DNA of 64,000 nucleotides from an uncultured Acidobacteriaceae bacterium (GTDB lineage Bacteria > Acidobacteriota > Terriglobia > Terriglobales > Acidobacteriaceae). The notes beneath the pieces were generated by a model that was not told where the DNA came from, made no database searches, and saw nothing but the letters and a program-made list of their open reading frames with translations. The stretch covers positions 43,284 through 107,283 of the forward strand of contig CAIVDV010000045.1 of assembly GCA_903904755.1 (NCBI GenBank), written 5' to 3'. Below are positions 54,062 through 63,788 of this stretch, piece by piece. Made by a program: the position numbers and the translations under genes. Numbering within the stretch: position 1 is the stretch's first letter; the number at the start of each line of letters is the position of its first letter.

Positions 54062-55123
54062 ATGTTGCTAGAGGGTATATTCGCTGCTGCCACCACGCCG
54101 TTCTATCCGGATGAACGGGTTTACTTTCGCAAGCTGGAGTACAACGTTGCACGGCTGTCGATGTCGGCACTGAGCGGGCTGGTGATTCTGGGCTCGACGG
54201 GCGAAGCGGTATCGCTGACCGATGGTGAGAGCCGGGAAGTGCTGCGGGTTGCGGCCGAGGCTGCGGCAGCGGACAAGGTGCTGGTGGCCGGCGTGGCACG
54301 TGAGAGCGTGAGGGCGACACTGGAGCTGGCTGCTGCTGCGGCTGACTTTGGATACGACGCGGTGCTGGTGCGGAATCCGAGCTATTACCGGCAGCAACTG
54401 ACGGACAAGGCGCTGCTGACGTATTACCGGACGGTTGCGGACCGGTCTGCGCTGCCGGTGGTGCTGTATTCGATTCCGCGATTTACGGAGTTTGAGATTC
54501 CGCTGCAGGTGGTTGCCGAGTTGGCGGATCACCCGAATATTCTGGGACTGAAGGATTCGAGCGGGAAGGTGGAGCGGATTCAGGCGGTGGTGGATGCCAC
54601 GCGGAATGCGCCGAAGCGAACCGTGACGGTGACGCCTGTGTTTGAGGCGGTGACGGGGCGGATGCTGAAGGCGAGGCCATCTGAGGGTGGCGCGGCGACA
54701 TTTGTTTCAGCCGAAGGGCTGGCGGCGGGCGCGGCTATGGCGACGGCGCCACCGGTGCCGGCGCTGAAGACGCGAACGAAAGAAGTGGGGTTCCAGGTGC
54801 TGACGGGGTCGCCTTCGACGATGCTGGAGTCTCTGGAGGCAGGGGCGACGGGTGCGGTGCTGGCATTTGCAACGTGCGCTCCGCAGACATGCCAGGAGGT
54901 TTACACGGCATGGAAGGAGCACGACCGGAAGCTGGCGGCCGAGCGCCAGGCGCATATTTCGCATGCCAGCAGCGTGATAGGGAACCAGTTCGGGATTGCC
55001 GGGCTGAAGGCTGCCTGCGATTTCAACGGCTATTACGGGGGGTATCCACGGCTGCCACTGCTGCCGCTGGAGGCCGCGGGCCGGGCGAAGGTGGAAGAAC
55101 TGCTGGCGGAGATCCGGAACTAG
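54062..55123 (+). CDS. DapA/NAL-family (class I aldolase, dihydrodipicolinate synthase-like) protein with a ~60-aa insertion
   Basis: GIFAAATTPF, ILGSTGE, YSIP and GLKDSSG (Schiff-base Lys position). An extra Ala/Pro/Thr-rich segment of ~60 aa follows the Lys strand. Confidence 0.8.
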   Translation: MLLEGIFAAATTPFYPDERVYFRKLEYNVARLSMSALSGLVILGSTGEAVSLTDGESREVLRVAAEAAAADKVLVAGVARESVRATLELAAAAADFGYDAVLVRNPSYYRQQLTDKALLTYYRTVADRSALPVVLYSIPRFTEFEIPLQVVAELADHPNILGLKDSSGKVERIQAVVDATRNAPKRTVTVTPVFEAVTGRMLKARPSEGGAATFVSAEGLAAGAAMATAPPVPALKTRTKEVGFQVLTGSPSTMLESLEAGATGAVLAFATCAPQTCQEVYTAWKEHDRKLAAERQAHISHASSVIGNQFGIAGLKAACDFNGYYGGYPRLPLLPLEAAGRAKVEELLAEIRN

Positions 55124-55388
55124 CGGGGTGGGTTTGGTGTGGGTAGGGGAGAAATCCTGCGTCTCGCATTGTGGACATTCAGGGTACGCCCGGGGAGCAA
55201 CGGATGGGGTGTTTTTTGGCGAGGGCGCCAAAAAGCGCCCCATTTTCGCGATATGGGTTCAATGGCGTACTGGAACGGTAACCCCTTCCAAGCTTGGAAA
55301 GGACTTTGGAGCCACCGGGTCGCTATAATGGTCGATGGATTGGAAAGAATCATTTTCCAGAAAATTCAAGTGAAGGGAATCCCGCCAC

Positions 55389-57239
55389 ATGGCGATTGGA
55401 GACCTTGCTCTGGGTCACGAACAGAGCAATTCCGCAGCAGAAAGCGCACCCCGCCGCATCGTCAACGACTTCAGCATCCAGGTCGCAACGGTGAATGGGT
55501 CTGGCTCGCAGTCAGCCAACAGCGTTCTTCTCAGAAGCATCTTCGGGATGGGAGTGCCGGTGAGCGGCAAGAACCTGTTCCCGTCGAATATTGCAGGACT
55601 TCCCACCTGGTTCACGATCCGCGCCAGCAAAGATGGCTACGTAGCCCGGAAGCAGCACATTGAGATTGTGGTTGCGATGAATCCGGAGACGGCCAAGGAT
55701 GACATCCTTGGTCTACCGACGGGTGGCGTCGCGGTGTATGACGAGAGCCTGAATCTGGCTCAGTATCGGGACGACGTAGTCTGCTATCCCGTTCCTTTTG
55801 ACAAGATTACCGCTGCCGTGTGTCCTGAGGCCAAGCTGCGCAAGCTGGTGAGGAACATGGTGTATGTGGGTGTTGTGGCGCGGATGCTGCATATTGAGAT
55901 GGACGCGGTAGAGAACGCGCTCCGGAAGCAGTTTGCGAAGAAGCAGAAGGCCATGGAGTTGAACTTTGGCGCGGTGAAAGCGGGCGCGGATTACTTCGAC
56001 CAGAAGTACACCAAGCAGGATCCCTACTACATTGAGCGGATGGACAAGACGGCCGGCAAGATCATCATTGATGGCAATGCCGCGTGCGCTCTGGGTGCGG
56101 TGTTTGCCGGTGTGACGGTGGTGGCTTGGTATCCGATTACGCCTTCAACGTCGGTGATTGAGTCAACGATTGAATACCTGAAGAAGTTCCGGGTCAATGA
56201 AGAAGGCAAGGCGACGTTCGCGGTGATTCAGTCAGAAGATGAACTGGCCGCGATTGGCATGGTGCTGGGTGCCGGCTGGGCGGGTGCCCGGTCGATGACG
56301 GCGACTTCCGGCCCTGGCATTTCGCTGATGGGCGAGTTCTCCGGTCTGGGTTATTTTGCCGAGATTCCGGGCGTTATCTTCAACGTGCAGCGGTCTGGCC
56401 CCTCGACGGGGATGCCGACGCGTACTTCGCAGGCTGATTTGCTTTCGACAGCCTTCCTTTCGCACGGCGACACCAAGCACGTTCTGCTGCTGCCGGGTTC
56501 GGTGAAGGAATGCTTTGATTTCGGCTATGCGGCGTTTGACCTGGCGGAGCGGTTGCAGACGCCGGTGTTTGTGCTTTCGGATCTTGATCTGGGCATGAAC
56601 AACTGGATGTCGGACCCGTTTGTGTATCCGGAGAAGCCGCTGGATCGCGGCAAGGTGCTGACGGCTGAGGATCTGAATCGGCTGGGTGGTTTTGCCCGCT
56701 ATGCGGATGTGGACGGGGACGGAATTGGTTACCGGACGCTGCCGGGTACGGATCATCCGAAGGCGGCGTACTTTACGCGCGGTTCCGGACACAACGCCAA
56801 GGCTGGTTATACCGAGAAGCCGGACGAGTATCTGGAAGTGATGGATCGGCTGACGCGCAAGTTTGCGACGGCTGCCAAGCTGGTTCCGGAGCCGGTTGTG
56901 ACGGGAAGCGGCAAGGCCAGGATTGGCGTTATTGCCTACGGCACGAGCGACTTTGCGATTCAGGAATCGATGGACGAGCTTCGCAAGGGATACAGCCTGG
57001 AAGTGGATTACCTTCGGGTTCGCGCGTATCCGTTTACGAGCGCGGTGCATGAGTTTGTGGCTTCGCACGAGCGGATATACGTGGTGGAACAGGACCGCGA
57101 CGCGCAACTGGAGAGCCTGCTGAAGCTGGATTTGGCGGCGGAGCAGGTGGTCAAGCTGCGCAGCATTCTTCACTACAACGGACTGCCGATTGACGCGCAG
57201 TCAGTGACCAGCCAACTGGTTACGCGGGAGGGCCTGTAA
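55389..57239 (+). CDS. korA: 2-oxoacid:ferredoxin/acceptor oxidoreductase subunit alpha
   Basis: 616 aa. The fused gamma+alpha arrangement is typical of KorA (FSIQVATVNGSGSQSAN...; IIDGNAACALGAVFAGVTVVAWYPITPST...). Confidence 0.88.
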   Translation: MAIGDLALGHEQSNSAAESAPRRIVNDFSIQVATVNGSGSQSANSVLLRSIFGMGVPVSGKNLFPSNIAGLPTWFTIRASKDGYVARKQHIEIVVAMNPETAKDDILGLPTGGVAVYDESLNLAQYRDDVVCYPVPFDKITAAVCPEAKLRKLVRNMVYVGVVARMLHIEMDAVENALRKQFAKKQKAMELNFGAVKAGADYFDQKYTKQDPYYIERMDKTAGKIIIDGNAACALGAVFAGVTVVAWYPITPSTSVIESTIEYLKKFRVNEEGKATFAVIQSEDELAAIGMVLGAGWAGARSMTATSGPGISLMGEFSGLGYFAEIPGVIFNVQRSGPSTGMPTRTSQADLLSTAFLSHGDTKHVLLLPGSVKECFDFGYAAFDLAERLQTPVFVLSDLDLGMNNWMSDPFVYPEKPLDRGKVLTAEDLNRLGGFARYADVDGDGIGYRTLPGTDHPKAAYFTRGSGHNAKAGYTEKPDEYLEVMDRLTRKFATAAKLVPEPVVTGSGKARIGVIAYGTSDFAIQESMDELRKGYSLEVDYLRVRAYPFTSAVHEFVASHERIYVVEQDRDAQLESLLKLDLAAEQVVKLRSILHYNGLPIDAQSVTSQLVTREGL

Positions 57240-57242
57240 GCC

Positions 57243-58283
57243 ATGGCGACAGCATCAGCAGTACCAGCGCCCAAGGTGAATCGCCTGGGGCTCCCCATTC
57301 TGGAATACCGTGGCGGCAAGAGCACGCTCTGCGCCGGCTGCGGCCACAATGCCATTTCAGAGCGCATCATTGATGCGCTGTATGAGATGGGCGTTCAGCC
57401 TGAGCGGGTGATGAAGCTCTCGGGCATCGGCTGCTCGTCGAAGAGCCCGGCATACTTTTTGTCGCGTGCGCACAGCTTCAACTCTGTCCACGGCCGCATG
57501 CCGGCGGTGGCCACGGGTGCGATTCTGGCGAACCACACGATGAAGGCGCTTGGCGTTTCCGGCGACGGCGACACGGCGTCGATTGGCATGGGCCAGTTTG
57601 TGCACATGATGCGTCGGAATCTGCCGATGATTTACATCATCGAAGACAACGGCGTATATGGCCTGACGAAGGGACAGTTCTCGGCCACAGCCGATATCGG
57701 ATCGAAGCTGAAGACCGGTGTGATCAACGATCTGCCTGCGATTGATACCTGCTCGCTGGCGATTCAGCTGGGTGCGACGTTTGTTGGCCGCTCATTCTCG
57801 GGCGACAAGAAGCAGTTGCTTTCGATGCTGAAGGCTGCGATTGCGCACAAGGGAACGGTGATGCTGGATGTGATCAGCCCATGCGTGACCTTCAACGATC
57901 ACGAAGGGTCGACGAAGAGCTACAAGTTCATGCAGGAGTATGACGAGCCGATCAACGAGCTGGGCTTTGTGCCGAGTTTTGATGAGATTGACGTGGATTA
58001 CGACGCGGGAACGACGACCGAAGTTGCGATGCACGACGGCTCACGGCTGCGTTTGCGCAAGCTGCTGGAAGACTACGACCCGACGGACAAGGTGCAGGCG
58101 GTTCGGACGCTGATGGAGGCGCACGAGAAGAACGAAGTTCTGACGGGCGTCTTCTATGTGAACACCGAGGCTCCGACGTTCATCGACCAGTTGAATCTGG
58201 TGAATGAGCCGCTGGGGCAGTTGGCGGAGTCGAAGACCAAGCCAGGCAAGGACGTGCTGGACCGGGTGATGGCGTCGCTGTAA
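57243..58283 (+). CDS. korB: 2-oxoacid:ferredoxin/acceptor oxidoreductase subunit beta (TPP-binding)
   Basis: CAGCGHNAI and the TPP motif GDGDTASIGMGQF...IIEDNGVYGLTKGQ. Confidence 0.9.
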   Translation: MATASAVPAPKVNRLGLPILEYRGGKSTLCAGCGHNAISERIIDALYEMGVQPERVMKLSGIGCSSKSPAYFLSRAHSFNSVHGRMPAVATGAILANHTMKALGVSGDGDTASIGMGQFVHMMRRNLPMIYIIEDNGVYGLTKGQFSATADIGSKLKTGVINDLPAIDTCSLAIQLGATFVGRSFSGDKKQLLSMLKAAIAHKGTVMLDVISPCVTFNDHEGSTKSYKFMQEYDEPINELGFVPSFDEIDVDYDAGTTTEVAMHDGSRLRLRKLLEDYDPTDKVQAVRTLMEAHEKNEVLTGVFYVNTEAPTFIDQLNLVNEPLGQLAESKTKPGKDVLDRVMASL

Positions 58284-58309
58284 GAGAAACAGATCTGAGG
58301 AGTAGATCA

Positions 58310-58347
58310 AGCGCGAATCGGGTGAACCCGGTTCGCGCTTTGGTTTT
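58310..58347 (+). terminator. Rho-independent terminator after korB
   Basis: AGCGCGAAtCGGG-TGAA-CCCGgTTCGCGCT hairpin followed by TTGGTTTT. Confidence 0.75.
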
Positions 58348-58380
58348 GCAGGGGCAGTGCTGGGGCCGTTTGGCGCGAAT

Positions 58381-59595
58381 TCAAGAGGCAGTTTCGCCTT
58401 CGCCGGGCTTCGAGGCCAGGGCAGGGGCCGGATGAGGCCAGCCGAGCCGAATCTCGATCCAGATGCGAAAGCGGTCGGTTTGGAACTCGGTGAGGGAAGC
58501 GATGGTGTATGCGTAGACCAAGGCGATGAGGAGAAACAGCAGCGCGCAGGCAAAGTGAGCAGCGGTGGGGAGCCAGCGGTTATCGCCGAGGATCCACGCC
58601 GAGATGAGAAGCAGAAGTGGCATATGCAGTGCATAGAGGGAGTAGGAGAAGCGCGCAATGCCACGGCAGAATCGGGAGAGTGGGCCGGGGGAGAAGGAAA
58701 CGCGCTCAGACAGCAGCAGCCACAGAAAGAAGAACGTGAAGACTGCGAGGAGATAGTCACTGAGCAGTACGGAGATGGCAGCGCGGGAGAGCGATACGAA
58801 TACAGCAACGAAGACGAGCGTAGCGGCAGCCAGAAGCCAGCGGCGGTGGCGTGAGGGCAACTTCGGAGCCGGCATGCGATAGAGGAGCACGCCGGAGAGC
58901 CAGATAGGCAGGTATTCGGTAATCTCCTTGCCTACAAAGGCGCAGATGGCCAGAAAGGCCAAACCGCACAAGGCACGCTGGACGCCGGAGAGTTTTGGAG
59001 AGATAGCAAAGAAGCCGATGGGAAAGAGGACGTAGTACCAGAATTCGTACGCGAGGCTCCAGAGCGGTCCGTTGCTACCAAAGGTGGAGGTGTGGATGGT
59101 TTGCAGAAAAAAGAGATTCCCAATGAGAATGCCAGGCTGGCTGGTGCGAATGACGTTGTGAATCATGTTCGGGATGGCAGTGCCACCGTAGAGCATTGGC
59201 GCACGCCCACTATGGATGCCGATGGTATCCCAAAGCCAGCAGAGTGCGAGGGAGGGAACCAGCACGAGCCACAGGCGAACCAGGCGTCGCAGGGAGTAGT
59301 CACGCAGGCTCCATTGCTGACGGGCGACACTTTTGAGGACGGTGCCACCGATGAAATAGCCGCTGAGGATGAAAAAGGCTATGACTGCCTGATGACCACA
59401 TTTGGTGAAGAGATAAAAGGCGGAGACCGCGTGGGAAGGCAACGCAGGCAAACGACGGTAATCCAGGAAGAAGAGATTGCGCCAGTGTTCCAGCAGCACG
59501 ACAACGGCGGCAGCGCCACGGACCAGATCAAACCAGAGGGACGCCCAGGTTTGAGCAAAGCGAGGTTTGGTCTGGGGCGGGGAAGCTTCAGTCAT
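58381..59595 (-). CDS. Acyltransferase family 3 integral membrane protein (O-acyltransferase)
   Basis: About 10 TM helices. N-terminal pattern FDLVRGAAAVVVLLEHW and FFILSGYFI is typical of acyltransferase_3. Confidence 0.82.
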   Translation of the reverse strand: MTEASPPQTKPRFAQTWASLWFDLVRGAAAVVVLLEHWRNLFFLDYRRLPALPSHAVSAFYLFTKCGHQAVIAFFILSGYFIGGTVLKSVARQQWSLRDYSLRRLVRLWLVLVPSLALCWLWDTIGIHSGRAPMLYGGTAIPNMIHNVIRTSQPGILIGNLFFLQTIHTSTFGSNGPLWSLAYEFWYYVLFPIGFFAISPKLSGVQRALCGLAFLAICAFVGKEITEYLPIWLSGVLLYRMPAPKLPSRHRRWLLAAATLVFVAVFVSLSRAAISVLLSDYLLAVFTFFFLWLLLSERVSFSPGPLSRFCRGIARFSYSLYALHMPLLLLISAWILGDNRWLPTAAHFACALLFLLIALVYAYTIASLTEFQTDRFRIWIEIRLGWPHPAPALASKPGEGETAS

Positions 59596-59684
59596 GGAAT
59601 CATCCGGTTCAGTTGTGGAATCGGGAGCGCCGATGAGCCGCTGATGGAGGGGAGCCGTATGGTTCTGGAAACTTCCCGAAATGG

Positions 59685-60557
59685 TTATCGAGGATTGATG
59701 CGAACACCGAGGCCGTTGAGCTTGGTTCGGGCCTGGGCAGCTTCCGGGGACTGGGGATAACGCTGGATGAGGGAGCGGAGCTCGTGGACGCCGGGCTCTT
59801 TCTGTCCCAGTTGGAGGAGGGCGAAGCCTTTGCGAAGCTGGGCGGCGGGCGCCTTGGGGTTGCCGCTGAAGTTCTCAATGACGTCGTTGTAAGCCTTCAC
59901 GGCGTCTTTGTAGCGGTTCTGGTGATAGGCGATTTCACCGAGGTAGAACTGTGCGTTGCCGGCCAGGTCCTCGTGCGGGTAGTAGTGGATGACATCGGCG
60001 AATTCCGAGCCGGCAACGTCGTAGTGAGCGGCGTTGTAATCGCGGAGTGCGCCCTGGTAGGTCTCCTGGAGAGGCGGGGCCTGGGGAGTGGTGGCACCAG
60101 CGGGCTGGGAGCCGTCAGTAGCGCCGGGAGCGGTACCAGCGGGCGGGGCAGGGGGCTGGAGGGTCTGGAGCTGACCCTGGATGTCCTGAAGTTGCTTGTC
60201 GAGCTTGGCGATGCGGGCCTTGAGCTCGTCGAGCGAATCGTTGAGGGACTGGACCTGGCCGCTGACGCCTTCGACCTTGCTGTTGGAGGCGTCGGCATCG
60301 GTGTTGAGCTTCTGCTGCATGGCGGTGACCTGGACGCCCATCTTGTTCACCGTGTCAGTGCTTTGCTCGACCAGGTGCTGGAGCACGCCGAAGCGGGTAT
60401 CCAGTGTGGACTGCATGCGCTGCACCATGTCCAGCAACTGCTGCACCTGGGTTTGCAGCTCGATGATTTCCTTCGAGGTGGCATGAGCCGGGCGGGGGGC
60501 AGCGAGGAGCGCGAACAGGAGAACGGCGGCGAGGGGGGTGCGATTCAGACGAAGCAT
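59685..60557 (-). CDS. cpoB: Tol-Pal system protein CpoB/YbgF (coiled coil plus TPR)
   Basis: Signal peptide, coiled-coil region (IELQTQVQQLLDMVQRMQ...), and a C-terminal TPR region (YQGALRDYNAAHYDVA...AQFYLGEIAYHQNRYKDA...). Lies downstream of pal. Start at the complement of 60555-60557. Confidence 0.85.
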   Translation of the reverse strand: MLRLNRTPLAAVLLFALLAAPRPAHATSKEIIELQTQVQQLLDMVQRMQSTLDTRFGVLQHLVEQSTDTVNKMGVQVTAMQQKLNTDADASNSKVEGVSGQVQSLNDSLDELKARIAKLDKQLQDIQGQLQTLQPPAPPAGTAPGATDGSQPAGATTPQAPPLQETYQGALRDYNAAHYDVAGSEFADVIHYYPHEDLAGNAQFYLGEIAYHQNRYKDAVKAYNDVIENFSGNPKAPAAQLRKGFALLQLGQKEPGVHELRSLIQRYPQSPEAAQARTKLNGLGVRINPR

Positions 60558-60667
60558 GGGAGTCTCTCGATGGTTAAGACTGTGGTAAAGACGCGGCAAC
60601 CCCCGTATGAGGGTTGCCGCGCGGCTTGTTTCTATCTTACTGGTGAGGGGCTTGCGGTCAACGCGAC

Positions 60668-61420
60668 TTAGCGGTCAATCGAGAAGCCGGCGCGGCGGTT
60701 CTGCTGCCAGCACTCTTCCGTGGACTCGGTGCAGAAGGGCTTCTCCTTGCCGTAGCTGACGACGCGGAGGCGGCTTTCGGCAACGCCGGCCTTGATGAGG
60801 GCCTGTTTGACGGAGTTGGCGCGGCTTTGGCCGAGGGTGAGGTTGTACTCGTTGGAGCCACGTTCGTCGCAGTATCCGCCGATGAGGACCTTGACGGTGT
60901 TGTTGGTGGCCAAGTAGGCGGCAGCCTTGGAGAGTGCGCCCTGAGCATCGGAGCGGACGTCGTAGCTGTCGTAGTCGAAGAAGATGTCCTGCACGTTGGC
61001 CTTGAACTGCTCTTCGGCGGTCATGTTGCTGCCCGCGCCGTCGTTGACGACTGCGACGGCGGCTGGAGCAGCGGTGACGGTGACGCGGGCGGTAGCTTCA
61101 CCGGTTCCGCCGTCGCCGCGAGCGGTGAGGTGGTAGCTGGTGGAGACGGCTGGGGTGACGGTTTTGACGCCGGAGCTGGGCAGGTCGCCAATGCCGTCGA
61201 TGGTGACTGAGTTGGCATTGGTGGTGCGCCAGGAGAGGACGACCTGATCGCCGGCGGTGACGGCGGTGGGCGTAGCTGTGAGCTCTGCGGTGGGCGCGGG
61301 AGCGGTGATGGCTGGAGCGGTATCGAGGGGGCCGGACTTGACCTTCTTGCCGCATCCAGTGATGGAAGCAACAGCGGTGATGGCGATGAGAGCAGTGATC
61401 AAACGACGGTTGACGTTCAA
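60668..61420 (-). CDS. pal: Peptidoglycan-associated lipoprotein Pal (OmpA C-terminal domain) with an extra N-terminal Ig-like segment
   Basis: Lipobox ASITGC. OmpA-like domain FFDYDSYDVRSDA...GYCDERGSNEYNLTLGQSRANSV. About 90 aa of beta-rich Thr/Ala/Val segment lie between them. Confidence 0.88.
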   Translation of the reverse strand: MNVNRRLITALIAITAVASITGCGKKVKSGPLDTAPAITAPAPTAELTATPTAVTAGDQVVLSWRTTNANSVTIDGIGDLPSSGVKTVTPAVSTSYHLTARGDGGTGEATARVTVTAAPAAVAVVNDGAGSNMTAEEQFKANVQDIFFDYDSYDVRSDAQGALSKAAAYLATNNTVKVLIGGYCDERGSNEYNLTLGQSRANSVKQALIKAGVAESRLRVVSYGKEKPFCTESTEECWQQNRRAGFSIDR

Positions 61421-61485
61421 GGTCTTACTCCTTCTTTGAATTCAGTTGAACTCGGGGCTATTGCCGGGTGGGGTAGGAAGGAAAA

Positions 61486-62838
61486 CTATTTCCAGCTCCA
61501 GTTTGGCATAAAATTTCGTCCGTTGTGGGTCAATTGGTGTTGCTCGGTACCATCGGCGAGCATGGTCCATATTTCAGAATGACCGCCAATCGAGCGCTCG
61601 AAGACAAGATGCCTTCCGTCGGGGGACCAGGACGGGAAGTCGTTACTGCCGGAGTCGTGGGTGAGTTGCAGCCATTTCATGGAAGCGATTTCAAAGACGT
61701 AGATATCCTGTCCGCCGGGGGCACCGGGGCCGTATTTGCGGTTCCAGGAAAAGGCAAGAAACTGACCATTTGGCGACCAGGAAGGGGAAACCGCGTAGCC
61801 ACCGTCGGTCATGCGCTGAATACCGCCGCCGTCGGAGTCCATGATGTAAATCTGCGGCTCTCCGGTCCTTCCACTGACCCATGCAATTTGATTATTGGTG
61901 CGCGGGTTCCAGGTAGGGGAGGAATTGTTACGGAATGCGGTTAATTTCCGCAGGTTTCCGCCGTTGGCATCGCAGACCCAGATTTCGGATTCCCCGGAGC
62001 GGGCAGAGGAGAAAGCGAGCTTGGTTCCGTCGCCGGACCAGGCTGGAGAGAGATTTGCGCCGCCGGCAATTCCGGCAGGGAAGGCGACGAGGCGGTTGAG
62101 GTCGAGCGAATACATGCGGATTGCCCACCCGTCTCTGCCAATGGAAGAAAATGCCAAACGGCTGTTATCGGGTGAGATGCGAGGGGAGAGGGAAACGCTG
62201 CCCAGTTTGGTGACCTGGTGTTCGTTCTGGCCGTCGTAGTCCATGGCCCAGATTTCCTTGGTGCCGGTGCGGGAGCTGACGAAGTAGATTTTGGTTTCGG
62301 CGATGCCGTTGATGCCGCCGCCGAGGCGGGCGATGATGTCGTCGGCAAAGCGGTGGGCCAGCTGGCGGGCGTTGTCGTCGGTGGCGTTGTCAGAGTATTG
62401 CTTGCCGAGGACCTGGGGGCTGCCGGGATTCTTGGCGTCGTAGACCCAGCCGGCGATGGTGAGCTTTCCGCTGACGGCGGCAAGAGAGCCGAATGCGACC
62501 ATGGAAGCGTTTGCAGGTTCAGCCGCCCACTGGCCGAGATTGATCTCCTGGGGGGAGCCGGGAGTGCCTGAGGGCGAGAGGCTGCGCGAGATCATGTCAA
62601 AGATGCCTGCATTTGTGAGGTCGTTGAAGAGGGTGGCATCGAAAGTGAGCTTGAAGCCCTGGAGGGCGGGGTCCTGGCCGAGGGGGCGGAATTCGGCTGC
62701 GCCAAGGCGGATGCGCTGGTTGGAGAGGTTACTGCCGGTTTTGATCCAGTCCTGCGCGTGGGCCATGGGGGCCAGCGCAGCCGAGAGCAGCAGGGCAATC
62801 AGGGTTCTGCGGGGAAGGGAATGAAGGGAACGCGTCAT
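61486..62838 (-). CDS. tolB: Tol-Pal system beta-propeller protein TolB
   Basis: Signal peptide, then repeated propeller blades (PRISPDNSRLAF, PAWSGDGTKLAF, PTWNPRTNNQIAW, PSWSPNGQFLAF, PSWSPDGRHLVF). Start at the complement of 62836-62838. Confidence 0.92.
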   Translation of the reverse strand: MTRSLHSLPRRTLIALLLSAALAPMAHAQDWIKTGSNLSNQRIRLGAAEFRPLGQDPALQGFKLTFDATLFNDLTNAGIFDMISRSLSPSGTPGSPQEINLGQWAAEPANASMVAFGSLAAVSGKLTIAGWVYDAKNPGSPQVLGKQYSDNATDDNARQLAHRFADDIIARLGGGINGIAETKIYFVSSRTGTKEIWAMDYDGQNEHQVTKLGSVSLSPRISPDNSRLAFSSIGRDGWAIRMYSLDLNRLVAFPAGIAGGANLSPAWSGDGTKLAFSSARSGESEIWVCDANGGNLRKLTAFRNNSSPTWNPRTNNQIAWVSGRTGEPQIYIMDSDGGGIQRMTDGGYAVSPSWSPNGQFLAFSWNRKYGPGAPGGQDIYVFEIASMKWLQLTHDSGSNDFPSWSPDGRHLVFERSIGGHSEIWTMLADGTEQHQLTHNGRNFMPNWSWK

Positions 62839-62932
62839 GCAGTCAGGAATCCTTCTCCTGGAAAGAGGCCAGGGGTAGAAAGGCATTTTCGCGCCGCAAG
62901 GTTGTGAATTAGGGGGAGGCGCGACGAGAAAC

Positions 62933-63739
62933 TCAGTACTCACAATAATAAGAGACGATCAAGGGACCGTTTCCGGGAGGTGAGGGAAGGGGGCCAAAAG
63001 TGTCAACCCGTTGTGCGGCGCGGAGGCAGGAGCGGTCGAGGGTAGGACTGCCGCTGGATTTGTCCATTTTGACGTCGCTGACTGAGCCGTCTCGGCGGAT
63101 GGTGAAGAGGATGTTGGAGCGGGTGCCGGCCGGTGTGCGTGGGTCTACCTCGCCGCGGTAGCTGTTTTCGTTGATTTTGCGGTTGATGCCTTCGATGTAC
63201 CAGGGGTAGTTGAAGCCCTGGCCACCGGCGGAGCTAACAGTGGAGTGCCCGACGGTGGTTCCGGTGACGGAGGTTGCGTTGCGGTCAACGCGAGAGGATG
63301 CCTGTTCGCCGTACTGGGCGTGGTTGTCCTGTTTGGTGGGGGTTTGGCGGATGATTTTGGTGGACTCGGTTTTGGCTTCCTTTTTGGGCTTTTCGATTTT
63401 GGTTGCAATGGGGATTGCGGTTTTGTCTTCGGCGGCTTTTGTTTTCTGGGTGGCTTCGACGGGGGCCTTGCTGGGGGTGTCGGTAGCGAGGACGTTGTCG
63501 TTGGGTTTTTCGTCAGCGGGTAAGGGGAGGGCGCTGCTGACCAACTGCACGGAGATGGCGTCGCCGGTTCCGCCGAGGCCGGCGAGGTGGTGCGGGAAGA
63601 GTCCTGCGATGATGGCGTAGCTGGCGGCGAGGCCGAAGAGGATGGCGTGGAAGACCAGCGCAGCCATCATCGGTTTCCCGATTGGGTCCCGAGTGAGGGT
63701 ACTCTCGAGTTGTTCGCTGGCATTCAACAGGTTGCTCAT
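62933..63739 (-). CDS. tolA: TolA-like protein (TonB-family C-terminal domain)
   Basis: N-terminal TM (MMAALVFHAILFGLAASYAIIAGLF), a Lys/Glu/Thr-rich linker and a TonB_C-like end (ILFTIRRDGSVSDVKMDKSSGSPTLDRSCLRAAQ). Sits between tolR and tolB. Confidence 0.8.
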   Translation of the reverse strand: MSNLLNASEQLESTLTRDPIGKPMMAALVFHAILFGLAASYAIIAGLFPHHLAGLGGTGDAISVQLVSSALPLPADEKPNDNVLATDTPSKAPVEATQKTKAAEDKTAIPIATKIEKPKKEAKTESTKIIRQTPTKQDNHAQYGEQASSRVDRNATSVTGTTVGHSTVSSAGGQGFNYPWYIEGINRKINENSYRGEVDPRTPAGTRSNILFTIRRDGSVSDVKMDKSSGSPTLDRSCLRAAQRVDTFGPLPSPPGNGPLIVSYYCEY

Positions 63740-63788
63740 GGTCAGGCCCCGGAGGCTTGCGGCTTCACTGAATTCGACGAGTCGGGTA

